64,000 nucleotides of DNA from Synergistales bacterium (GTDB taxonomy: Bacteria > Synergistota > Synergistia > Synergistales > JAFGMB01): NCBI GenBank assembly GCA_963666205.1, contig OY762654.1, positions 1,088,001-1,152,000 on the forward strand, written 5' to 3'. Shown in pieces: positions 1 through 7,977 of this stretch. A program made the position numbers and the translations under genes. Below the pieces are notes generated by a model. It did not search any database. It was given only the letters and a program-made list of their open reading frames with translations, and was not told the origin of the DNA. Within the stretch, counting starts at the first letter, position 1; each line of letters opens with the position of its first letter.

Positions 1-2
1 AC

Positions 3-245
3 ATCGGAAATCTGAAACTTAACCTGAGCCATTACTATTTTCTCCTGGAGGGTGGAGATGGCACCTTTAACCTTTATGGGCACGATACCTTCTATCCCTC
101 TGATGAGGAACGGGTAAAGGGCGTTTTTCTCAACGGTCTTCTGGCGATCAACCTTATCCATATGGACACAGGGGAGGTTTATTCCCTGCCCTATCCACGG
201 TATGTGGACGACAACAGGTTACTGAAACACAAGACAGGCATTTAA
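3..245 (+). CDS. 3' end of a hypothetical protein, truncated by the window edge
   Basis: Open frame from position 3 (IGNLKLNLSHYYFLLEGG...RLLKHKTGI) to TAA at 243-245, followed by a terminator hairpin. Confidence 0.55.
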   Translation: MGNLKLNLSHYYFLLEGGDGTFNLYGHDTFYPSDEERVKGVFLNGLLAINLIHMDTGEVYSLPYPRYVDDNRLLKHKTGI

Positions 246-260
246 CCCAACAGAAACGAT

Positions 261-290
261 AAGGGCCCGCTTATAAACCGCGGGCCCTTT
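261..290. terminator. Probable bidirectional intrinsic terminator
   Basis: AAGGGCCCGC-loop-GCGGGCCCTT inverted repeat between convergent genes. Confidence 0.8.
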
Positions 291-323
291 CTTTATAAAA
301 TATTCCGGTAGGAGGTGAGAGTT

Positions 324-1217
324 TTATCTTCTGCCAGGATGACCCTGGAATGTTCCGTGATGAGGTTCTCTGTCCCATAAGCTGTATCTCATGTCCTGGA
401 ACTGTTCCTTCTGATCTTCGTTCAGAACCTCCATTATTTCCGCATTCAACGCTTTTCTCTCGCTGATCCTGGTTACCATTTCCTCAGCCATGGAAGAAGC
501 AATTTCTCTTGCTTTTGTTTCGTTAAAGGTGGCTGCAGATACCAGATCATGAAGTTCTTTCATCTTTTCTCTACCCTGTCTCTGACTTTTATCGCCATCC
601 CTGTGCTTTTCCACAATACTCATGATCTTCTCTTTCTGGCTGAAAGTAAGGTCAAGTTTCTCTTCCAGGTCAGATATTCCATCTTTTCTGTCCCTGTCAA
701 AATTCATTTTTTGAAGTTTTGCCTGCTGGCTGGAAGTCAGGTCGAGTTCACGGATAAGCTTTTGGTTGAACCTGTTCCGGCGATTTTCCCTTATATCTTT
801 TCTATCACCCTTGTTTTCTGTTCTTTTTTCTTCCAGTTTCTGACGCTGTTCAGGAGTAAGCACCTGGAAGACCTGGTATTGGGTTTGCATTCCCTTATAT
901 GTCATTTCGGCCATTTTGCTTTTTATTCCGGCGATCTCTTCCGCTGTCAGGTCGCTTTCATAATCCCTTATGCTGTCCCTAAAAGCCCTTCCTTCTTCCC
1001 TGGCCTTTTCCCTTAGTCCTTTAAAGATTTCCCTTATCTGTTCCTTCTGGCTCTCTGACAGATCCAGCCCTCTCATCATTGCGGGTCCCCCGTTGCCCGG
1101 GAACATCCCATCTCTCTGCATTGCACTGGAAGTTCCTGCATTTCCTAACGATATGGCTCCAACCAACGCAAAGACTGTCAATGCCATAATTCCTCTTTTC
1201 ATACTGCAGTTCTTCAT
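324..1217 (-). CDS. Spy/CpxP-family periplasmic chaperone, about twice the usual length
   Basis: Signal peptide; repeated LTxxQ-type motifs (LSESQ, LTPEQ, LTSSQ, LTFSQ, LNEDQ); AAGGAG lies 9 nt before ATG 1217 (ORF track starts at TTG 1226). Confidence 0.8.
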   Translation of the reverse strand: MKNCSMKRGIMALTVFALVGAISLGNAGTSSAMQRDGMFPGNGGPAMMRGLDLSESQKEQIREIFKGLREKAREEGRAFRDSIRDYESDLTAEEIAGIKSKMAEMTYKGMQTQYQVFQVLTPEQRQKLEEKRTENKGDRKDIRENRRNRFNQKLIRELDLTSSQQAKLQKMNFDRDRKDGISDLEEKLDLTFSQKEKIMSIVEKHRDGDKSQRQGREKMKELHDLVSAATFNETKAREIASSMAEEMVTRISERKALNAEIMEVLNEDQKEQFQDMRYSLWDREPHHGTFQGHPGRR

Positions 1218-1288
1218 TATCTTCAACTCCTTCTTAAAATCATTTGTCCGAAAGCCCGGCGCTTCGAAATGATTTTAGTCTCATTTCT

Positions 1289-1324
1289 GTAAAGGTGCGG
1301 TTCAGAAATGTTAAGAAAGATTAA
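1289..1324. promoter_or_regulatory. Putative CpxR/OmpR-type direct-repeat binding site upstream of the spy-like gene
   Basis: GTAAA(1289), GTTCA(1300), GTTAA(1310), ATTAA(1320) at 10-11 bp period; resembles the GTAAA-N5-GTAAA CpxR box. Confidence 0.5.
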
Positions 1325-1364
1325 CAGGGGTTATACATTTCATCAGACAAGGAATAGTCAGAAT

Positions 1365-1396
1365 AAAAAAAGCCCCAGGGAAAGATCCCTGGGGCT
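1365..1396 (-). terminator. Intrinsic terminator of the aminotransferase gene
   Basis: AGCCCCAGGG/CCCTGGGGCT stem followed by a U-tract on the minus strand. Confidence 0.85.
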
Positions 1397-1417
1397 GAAA
1401 TGCTGTCTTATCCGGTT

Positions 1418-2599
1418 TTAAACGAACTCTGCCATTACATCTCCGAGTATCTTGATGCCCTCACGGATCTTTTCAGGAGACATGTTGGAGAAATTGAGCC
1501 TCAGGGTATTTTCGTGTCCGCCATTGGGATAGAATGCTCCACCGGGTACGAAGGCGACTTTATTTTCGATGGCCCTGGCAAACAGTTCCCTTCCATTCAC
1601 ACCTTCGGGCATTTCGACCCAGGTGAAAAGGCCGCCTTCGGGCCTTAGAAATTTAACCCCTGCGGGGAAATATTCTTCCATGGCCTGAACCATCACCTTT
1701 GCCCTTTCGCCATAGACCTGGATCAACTTTTCCACGTGGACATCGATGTCGTTCATTTCCATGAAGGCATCGATGTGGTACTGGCTTATGGTCGATGTAT
1801 GAAGGTCGGATGCCTGTTTGAGGTATATAAACTTCAACAGGAGGTCTTCATTGCCTGCTATCCATGCAATACGCATTCCCGGGCTGAGGATCTTGGAGAA
1901 TGTTCCGAAAAGAAGGATGCTGTCGTTGGTGTCCATGGATTTAAGAGAAGGGGGGACTTCCCCGGTAAATCGAAGTTCTCCATAGGGGTTGTCCTCTATA
2001 ACGGGTACAGAATACCTGTTGACGACCTCCATGAAGGCCTTTCTTCTTTCAATGGTCCAGGTCTTTCCGGTGGGATTCTGGAAATCTGGTATTACGTAAA
2101 TGAGTTTGACCTTTTCTCCCTGGATCTTTTTCTCCAGGTCTTCGGGGACCATTCCCTCATCGTCGGTCTCCACCTCTACGAACTTCGGGCGATAGGCCTT
2201 GAAGGCATCAAGAGCTCCGAGGTAGGTGGGACTTTCACATAAGACCACATCTCCCTCATCGAGAAATAGTTTGCCCGCAAGATCGAGGGCCTGCTGAGAG
2301 CCTGTGACGATAAGGATGTTGTCAAGGGTCACGGATGTTCCAAACTTCCTGTTCATCCGGGAAGCTATCTTTTCCCTGAGAGAGGGAAGTCCTTCTGTCT
2401 TGTAGTACTGAAGAGCCTTCATGCCCGCTGTATCGAGGGCTTTAACACATGCTTCCTTCATTCCCTCCACGGGGAAAAGCTCGGGTGCGGGAAGACCGCC
2501 CGCAAAGGAAATGATCTCCGGATCGGCAATAACTTTCATTATTTCCGCAAGATCGGATGATTCAAACTCTACCATTCTGCTGGCAAATTTCATTGACAT
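1418..2599 (-). CDS. PLP-dependent class I aminotransferase (LysN/2-aminoadipate or aromatic transaminase-like)
   Basis: ISFAGGLPAPELFP, GSQQALD, PDFQNPTG, EDNPY and GTFSKILSPGMRI motifs; GGGAGG precedes ATG 2599. Confidence 0.9.
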   Translation of the reverse strand: MSMKFASRMVEFESSDLAEIMKVIADPEIISFAGGLPAPELFPVEGMKEACVKALDTAGMKALQYYKTEGLPSLREKIASRMNRKFGTSVTLDNILIVTGSQQALDLAGKLFLDEGDVVLCESPTYLGALDAFKAYRPKFVEVETDDEGMVPEDLEKKIQGEKVKLIYVIPDFQNPTGKTWTIERRKAFMEVVNRYSVPVIEDNPYGELRFTGEVPPSLKSMDTNDSILLFGTFSKILSPGMRIAWIAGNEDLLLKFIYLKQASDLHTSTISQYHIDAFMEMNDIDVHVEKLIQVYGERAKVMVQAMEEYFPAGVKFLRPEGGLFTWVEMPEGVNGRELFARAIENKVAFVPGGAFYPNGGHENTLRLNFSNMSPEKIREGIKILGDVMAEFV

Positions 2600-2628
2600 A
2601 AAAAAACCTCCCAAGTATGTAGTGATCT

Positions 2629-2669
2629 AAAAACAAAAAGGCCGGAACCTCTGAAAAAGGCTCCGGCCT
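2629..2669 (-). terminator. Attenuator terminator in the aminotransferase 5' leader
   Basis: Minus strand reads AGGCCGGAGCCT-loop-AGGTTCCGGCCT then TTTTGTTTTT, about 30 nt upstream of the start codon. Confidence 0.8.
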
Positions 2670-2682
2670 GGACCTTCAGCGC

Positions 2683-2769
2683 TTATGCGCCAACATAAGC
2701 TCCAGGGGGAAACCCGCAGCGGGATAGAATGTCTATAATGTAAATAAAGACGATAAACAGGACTTGCAT
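2683..2769 (-). CDS. Attenuation leader peptide MQVLFIVFIYIIDILSRCGFPPGAYVGA (28 aa)
   Basis: G-rich SD then ATG at 2769; 12 of codons 3-15 are V/L/F/I/Y; stop at 2683-2685 just before the terminator; missing from the ORF track. Confidence 0.7.
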   Translation of the reverse strand: MQVLFIVFIYIIDILSRCGFPPGAYVGA

Positions 2770-2827
2770 TTTACTATTCCCCCCCCACTCGTTAAGCTTG
2801 TCGGCTAATTTAAAAATATTGAGAATA

Positions 2828-2856
2828 ATTCTAACCTTCCAGACATGGGGTGTCAA
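2828..2856 (-). promoter_or_regulatory. Sigma70-type promoter for the leader and aminotransferase
   Basis: TTGACA-N17-TAGAAT on the minus strand. Confidence 0.8.
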
Positions 2857-2900
2857 ACCTGCACCATTAAATAAGGCTTCTTCAGGTAAATAAAGCTTTC

Positions 2901-2915
2901 TTTACAATTCTTAAC
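2901..2915. promoter_or_regulatory. Putative CpxR-type box upstream of the response regulator (autoregulation)
   Basis: Minus strand reads GTTAA-N5-GTAAA. Confidence 0.45.
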
Positions 2916-2973
2916 TCTTTTTTGTTCTCTTTTTCGGATAAAATAAAGAAAATTACTTCTAAAAACAACAGGG

Positions 2974-3729
2974 ATGATGGAAATGACTCGGATATTAGCA
3001 ATTGAAGATGATGTGGAGCTCTGCGAACTTCTTTCGGAATACCTGGGATCGGAAGGTTTCTGCTTCAGTTCCGTACACTCAGGAAAGAAGGGTGTTGAGG
3101 CCGCTCTCAAGGGAGAACATGACATTGTGGTACTGGATGTCATGCTTCCTGAAATGAACGGTTTCGATGTCCTGAGGAGTATTCGGGCGGAATCGGCCGT
3201 ACCTGTAATAATGCTCACTGCCAGGGGCGACGATGTGGACAGGATAGTAGGCCTGGAGATCGGGGCTGACGATTACGTTCCCAAACCTTTCAATCCCCGG
3301 GAACTGATAGCCAGGATAAAGGCGGTACTTCGAAGGTATGAGGGAGGAGTTAAGAATACACCCTCCGTGGTTGGTGAACCCATCCTCCAGGTAGCTGATA
3401 TAGAGCTTGATCCTCGATCACATGTGGTGAAAAGGGAGGGAGAGGTAGTTGAACTTACTTCCCTGGAATTCAGGCTGCTGGAGACTTTCCTTGAAAAGGC
3501 CGGAGAGGTAATAAAAAGACAGGATCTCGTGAGAAAGGTCCTGGAGAGGTCCTATTCTCCCTTCGACAGGAGCATTGACGTTCATATCAGCAATCTCCGG
3601 AAAAAGATCGGTCCGGGAAATGATGGCACAGAGAGAATAAAGACAATAAGGGGAGAAGGTTACCTTTATTCATGCCCCTCCAGCCCTGGTGATGAGAAAA
3701 GGGATGTCCGGGAAAGGACAGGTCAGTGA
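2974..3729 (+). CDS. cpxR: OmpR-family response regulator, CpxR-like
   Basis: Receiver domain (EDD, LDVMLP, GADDYVPKPF) plus winged helix with FDRSIDVHISNLRKK. Confidence 0.8.
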   Translation: MMEMTRILAIEDDVELCELLSEYLGSEGFCFSSVHSGKKGVEAALKGEHDIVVLDVMLPEMNGFDVLRSIRAESAVPVIMLTARGDDVDRIVGLEIGADDYVPKPFNPRELIARIKAVLRRYEGGVKNTPSVVGEPILQVADIELDPRSHVVKREGEVVELTSLEFRLLETFLEKAGEVIKRQDLVRKVLERSYSPFDRSIDVHISNLRKKIGPGNDGTERIKTIRGEGYLYSCPSSPGDEKRDVRERTGQ

Positions 3730-3733
3730 AAAT

Positions 3734-5209
3734 ATGATACTGAATGAAACCACCAGGGGAAAGATGTTCAGGAAGATCTTCCTCTGGTTCATGGCTGCCC
3801 TTGCAATAATATTTGTAGTAGGTATCAGTTCTGCCTATTTTGCCCACCAGGGTTTTACAAGGACAGAACTTCGCTCTGAATTTGGCGAAGCCCTGGATGA
3901 ATATGGACCCCAGGCGGTGGAGACCTACGAAAACCAGGGAAAAGAAGGCCTCGACAGTTTTCTGAAACTTTCAAACCGGAAGGTCCGGGGAAGGATGATG
4001 CTTTTCACCTCTGATGGCAAGGCCATTCTGAGGCTCTTCCGCCAGGATCGACAGGACAAGGATCAGGAAGAGGACCAGGGCAGACTTGAAAAGTTTTTAA
4101 TGGAGACCTTGAGAGAAAACGGAACCAGATTCACTTTTATCGGCCCCCTGGGGATCCTGGCCAGAAAGATAAGTTCCGAAAAGGGAAATGACTATGTCTT
4201 CGCTGCCTTCAGATTTGTTCCGCCTCCCTTTCCCTCCAGAGAAAATGCAGGAACAATGATCTTCAGGCTGCTGGCAGTCCTGGCAGCAGGAGCTGCAGCA
4301 TGTTACTGGCTGGCAAACAATATGGCAGTTCCAATAAGAAAACTTCGGGAGGCAACGCAGAAACTGGCCCAGGGTGATCTAGGGGTCAGGGTTGAAGAAA
4401 AACTTACCTTCAGGAATGATGAAATTGGAGACCTGGGGAAGGGTTTCAACATTATGGCTGAACATCTTGAAGATCTTATCGGGGCCCAGAAAAGGCTTAT
4501 CGGGGATATTTCCCATGAGCTTAGGACACCCCTGGCCAGGCTCAATATAGCCCTTGGCCTTGCCCGGAAACGCTCCGGGACGGAAGCTGAAACTGCCCTT
4601 AACAGGATCGAACTCGAGACTGAACGACTGAACGATATGATAGGCCAGCTGCTTTCCCTTTCCCGTTTTGAGACAGATATGACAAATATGCAGAAGATCA
4701 GGATCAATCTGACTGAACTTGTGGGAGATATAGTAATAGATGCCAGGTTCGAGGCAGAATGTAAGAACTGCGACGTAAAATTCGATCCGGTGAAGGATAT
4801 TTACATCTACGGCGACCCGACCCTGATCTCGCGAGCCACAGAAAATGTTGTACGGAACGCTCTCAAACATAACCTGGAAAACAGAGATGTTGAGATCACC
4901 CTTGAAGATCCTTATTCAACGACAAAGGGGAATATGGCGGTGATAAGGGTAAAGGACCACGGAGAGGGAATCGATGAGAAGGAACTGGAAAATATATTCA
5001 AACCCTTTTACCGTCTGGACTCGGCAAGGGACAGGAAAACAGGAGGTACCGGTCTGGGACTGTCCATAGCGGAACGGGCGGTCAAACTCCACGGGGGTTA
5101 TATCAGGGCTTGTAATTCTCCCGGCGGGGGGTTGACGGTGGAGATAGGGCTGCCGATGGGGAATATAAAACCAGTAAAACCCTGTTTTACCGGCAGAGAA
5201 AAACAGTAG
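3734..5209 (+). CDS. cpxA: Sensor histidine kinase, CpxA-like
   Basis: Two TM segments, HAMP domain, SHELRTPLARL H-box, ENVVRNALK N-box, GGTGLGL G-box; start uncertain (ORF track gives 3689). Confidence 0.8.
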   Translation: MILNETTRGKMFRKIFLWFMAALAIIFVVGISSAYFAHQGFTRTELRSEFGEALDEYGPQAVETYENQGKEGLDSFLKLSNRKVRGRMMLFTSDGKAILRLFRQDRQDKDQEEDQGRLEKFLMETLRENGTRFTFIGPLGILARKISSEKGNDYVFAAFRFVPPPFPSRENAGTMIFRLLAVLAAGAAACYWLANNMAVPIRKLREATQKLAQGDLGVRVEEKLTFRNDEIGDLGKGFNIMAEHLEDLIGAQKRLIGDISHELRTPLARLNIALGLARKRSGTEAETALNRIELETERLNDMIGQLLSLSRFETDMTNMQKIRINLTELVGDIVIDARFEAECKNCDVKFDPVKDIYIYGDPTLISRATENVVRNALKHNLENRDVEITLEDPYSTTKGNMAVIRVKDHGEGIDEKELENIFKPFYRLDSARDRKTGGTGLGLSIAERAVKLHGGYIRACNSPGGGLTVEIGLPMGNIKPVKPCFTGREKQ

Positions 5210-5266
5210 ATCCTCTCCTCCAACGGCTGAGATCCATAAACCTAAAACCTTTTTCACCATGGAGGA

Positions 5267-5540
5267 TCCGCCGTAAACCATCGTATAAAACATTCAGACC
5301 CAAGTAGTGGCGGACTTTCAGCGCTGAGGTTGCGCAGAGTAACGCAGAGGTAAAACATACCCCCTTCTGTGCCATAAAAATGGTGTGCTGCGCAAAATGA
5401 TGGACCTATTTTGCACGATTAGAACCGTAAACCTTTTAACCCTGTCTAACCGCAGAGGGCGCAGAGGACACAGAGGAAACCCAGTCAAGGTCAAAACGTT
5501 AAGGCGGACTGTAAGCGCAGAGGAAACATGTAACCGCAAA
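5267..5540 (+). repeat. Cluster of short REP-like repeats
   Basis: About six CGCAGAG/CACAGAG units and a TCCGCC...GGCGGA inverted pair in a 390-bp convergent intergenic gap. Confidence 0.5.
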
Positions 5541-5572
5541 GACACAGGCAGGGCGGATGCCCTGCCTGTGTC
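5541..5572. terminator. Stem-loop, probable terminator downstream of panE
   Basis: GACACAGGCAGGGC/GCCCTGCCTGTGTC perfect 14-bp inverted repeat. Confidence 0.7.
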
Positions 5573-5602
5573 TAATATCTATACTCATTCAGGAAAGAGA
5601 CT

Positions 5603-6514
5603 CTATTTCAGTGCTTTGTAGACCCCTTCATAGGCTGGAACACTGATACCCAGTTCTGCCGCTTTTTTAACCACATAGCCGATAAAGAGTTCGAGTTCGT
5701 TATTCCCACCCTTTTCTACATCGAGCTGCATGGAGGATTTGGTTTGAGGAGGGAAGTTCTTTCCCACATTTATGGAGTCCTGTACTATCCCTGGTGGAAG
5801 TTGAACTCCCAGGGTTCTACCGATCTGTTCGAGCTCGGTTATCATATTTACGAGAAGTTCAAAACTCTCCTGATCTGAGAGGACTTCTCCGAAGGTCTGT
5901 CCCTTTACGGATGTTACCCCTGCATAGGGACTCATGAACATGAACTTTTTCCATGCATCAAGGGTTATATTATCTGAAAGGACAGAATTGATCCCAGCCT
6001 CGGTAAAGAGTTTCTGTATGGGCTCATAAAGGTCAACCCCTGCATTTTCTGGTCCCCAGACAAATTTACCGGCACCGCCAACCTGCCTTACGACTCCGGG
6101 TTCCTCTATCCTGGCCGATATGTAGACACAGCCGTTCATGATCCTGCATTTCGGGAGAACTGCCTCCAGGATCTGGCTGTTATTAACTCCGTTGAGAAAG
6201 GGAATGACCACAGTTTTTTCAGTTACTGTGCATGAGGCCATTCTGGCGGCTTCCTTCAGCCCATATCCCTTGACAGCAAAAACAAGGAGATCCACCTTGC
6301 CCAGGTCACCCGGGTCTGCCGTTGCCACATCAGGTCTTACCGTAAATTCCTCTTCCGGCGTGATTATCTTCAATCCATCTTTCTTTATCTTTTCAAGGTG
6401 GTTGCCCCTGCAGATAAAACATACTTCATGATCTCCAGGACCTGCATATTTCCGGGCCAGTTTTCCTCCGAAGAAACCACCTATGCCTCCTATACCCATC
6501 ACAGCTATTTTCAT
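5603..6514 (-). CDS. panE: Ketopantoate reductase family protein (PanE/ApbA)
   Basis: GIGGIGG Rossmann motif, AVKGY, FLNG, WKKF, KSSMQLD...ELE motifs. Confidence 0.85.
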   Translation of the reverse strand: MKIAVMGIGGIGGFFGGKLARKYAGPGDHEVCFICRGNHLEKIKKDGLKIITPEEEFTVRPDVATADPGDLGKVDLLVFAVKGYGLKEAARMASCTVTEKTVVIPFLNGVNNSQILEAVLPKCRIMNGCVYISARIEEPGVVRQVGGAGKFVWGPENAGVDLYEPIQKLFTEAGINSVLSDNITLDAWKKFMFMSPYAGVTSVKGQTFGEVLSDQESFELLVNMITELEQIGRTLGVQLPPGIVQDSINVGKNFPPQTKSSMQLDVEKGGNNELELFIGYVVKKAAELGISVPAYEGVYKALK

Positions 6515-6628
6515 TATCCAACCTCCTGATCCTTATGTTATAGCAATTTCCAGAACCGGTTAAAAACTGAAAGAGATGTTCACAGAGAACATCCTTTTCA
6601 TTTTCTCAGGATTGAACATAATTTCCCA

Positions 6629-7315
6629 TTATCCTGTTTTCTCTTCAGGAAGGACCCAGACAGCGAGGGCTTCTTTCATGTTCATGACCGCCGGTGTCCC
6701 GTTCAGGCTGACCTCGATGAGCTGCTCTTCACAACTGTGGTTTATGCACTGGACATGGGAACCCGGGGAAAAGCCCGAATCAAGAAGTCTTTTTCTTAGA
6801 AGTTCCCTTGCGGTTATACGCACCACTCTCCCGTTCTCTCCTTCTTCAAGCATTAATAGAGGGCGGGACAGATCCTCGGGATTATCAAGTCCGCTCTGCA
6901 GTCTTGCGACCCACTGTCTCTCTTCTTTCATGGAAACACAGTAAAAGTCTACAAAAGCAGCAAGCCTTTTTTCACTCTCCGGATCAAGGACATGTTCCAT
7001 TGCACATGCGATTTCACTGGCAACATCCGGCTTTATCCCTATTATCTCCCTTAGGAGATAGGAAAGATGCTGATGACGCCGGAAGATCTTCAAGGCCCGT
7101 TCCTTACCCTTTTCAGTAAGATTGGGAGTTCCGTATTTTTCCTGAACAAGAAAACCTTCCCCACACAGTTTTTTGAGGGCAGAAACAACGGAAGCCTTTG
7201 AGACATGCAGATTTTTTGCAAGGGCCGTTACAGAAGGTTCCTGGCTTTCCATTTCCAGGGAAAATATCTCTTCGAGATAATCTTCAGTTCTTTCAGAAAG
7301 AGCCATTATTCTCAC
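6629..7315 (-). CDS. DtxR/MntR-family metal-dependent repressor with C-terminal FeoA-like domain
   Basis: TEDYLEEI, VSKASV HTH, RRHQHL and ACAMEH metal site; RKRLLDSGFSPG FeoA-like tail. Confidence 0.9.
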   Translation of the reverse strand: MRIMALSERTEDYLEEIFSLEMESQEPSVTALAKNLHVSKASVVSALKKLCGEGFLVQEKYGTPNLTEKGKERALKIFRRHQHLSYLLREIIGIKPDVASEIACAMEHVLDPESEKRLAAFVDFYCVSMKEERQWVARLQSGLDNPEDLSRPLLMLEEGENGRVVRITARELLRKRLLDSGFSPGSHVQCINHSCEEQLIEVSLNGTPAVMNMKEALAVWVLPEEKTG

Positions 7316-7322
7316 TCCAATT

Positions 7323-7392
7323 GTTAGGTCTTTCGAACTATTTTACAACAAAATCTCATCTTAAGCTATATTACCAGTTTAATTTTTCTAAC
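7323..7392. promoter_or_regulatory. Two putative DtxR-family operators upstream of the regulator
   Basis: GTTAG-N6-CGAAC (7323-7338) and GTTTA-N6-CTAAC (7377-7392). Confidence 0.55.
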
Positions 7393-7445
7393 AGATCCAT
7401 TACATGGAAGTCCTACAACACATATTGAGTATACAAAACTTATGC

Positions 7446-7504
7446 TTGCATATTTGAAATGACTATAATATAATATAACTAACAATATGTTAGAGCTTTC
7501 TAAA
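7446..7504 (+). promoter_or_regulatory. Sigma70 promoter with a downstream putative DtxR-family operator
   Basis: TTGCAT-N17-TATAAT (7446-7474) and GTTAG-N6-CTAAA (7489-7504). Confidence 0.6.
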
Positions 7505-7612
7505 GATACCTCCCCTAAGGTTCATTTAGCGAGCATATTGTAGACCTGGGAAAAGGGATGTACGTAGAAATACCTACATTTTTTACAGCACTTTTTCCCA
7601 GGTATTTTTTTT
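7481..7612 (+). ncRNA. Candidate structured small RNA or regulatory 5' leader
   Basis: Stem ACAATATGTT/AGCATATTGT enclosing ACCTCCCC; second stem ACCTGGGAAAAG/TTTTTCCCAGGT followed by T8. Confidence 0.4.
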
Positions 7613-7649
7613 GTATCAGGGTAGAATTACCCCATGGAGGTGTTTTCAT

Positions 7650-7952
7650 TTGAAAATAAGATCAATATTTTTTCTACTGGTAATAGCATTTATGGCTCTT
7701 TCATTACTTTCCACGACAGCCTTTGCCGCGGAGGCTCTATATATATGCCGTCCATGCAGCAGAAGCTTTATCCCTGAAGCAAAGAGCGTCCTGGAGGAAC
7801 TCGATCTTGAAGACAAGGTCAGGATAAAGACCACTTCATGTCTTGGAGACTGTGACAAGCCCGTGGTTCTTAAGTTTCAGAATAAAATATATACAAGTAT
7901 GGATAGAGAGAAACTGAAAATGCTCCTTATGGAAGTATTTGATCTTTCCTGA
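7650..7952 (+). CDS. Exported small protein resembling thioredoxin-like (2Fe-2S) ferredoxins
   Basis: Signal peptide ending AFA-A, CRPC and CLGDC motifs; GGAGGT precedes TTG 7650 (ORF track gives 7611). Confidence 0.6.
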   Translation: MKIRSIFFLLVIAFMALSLLSTTAFAAEALYICRPCSRSFIPEAKSVLEELDLEDKVRIKTTSCLGDCDKPVVLKFQNKIYTSMDREKLKMLLMEVFDLS

Positions 7953-7977
7953 AAATCAGGAAAAGGAGGAATATGAT

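Noticed and set aside
2629-2820. T-box riboswitch upstream of the aminotransferase
   Set aside because: No AAGGTGGTACCGCG-like T-box sequence or stem I; the leader-peptide model explains the region
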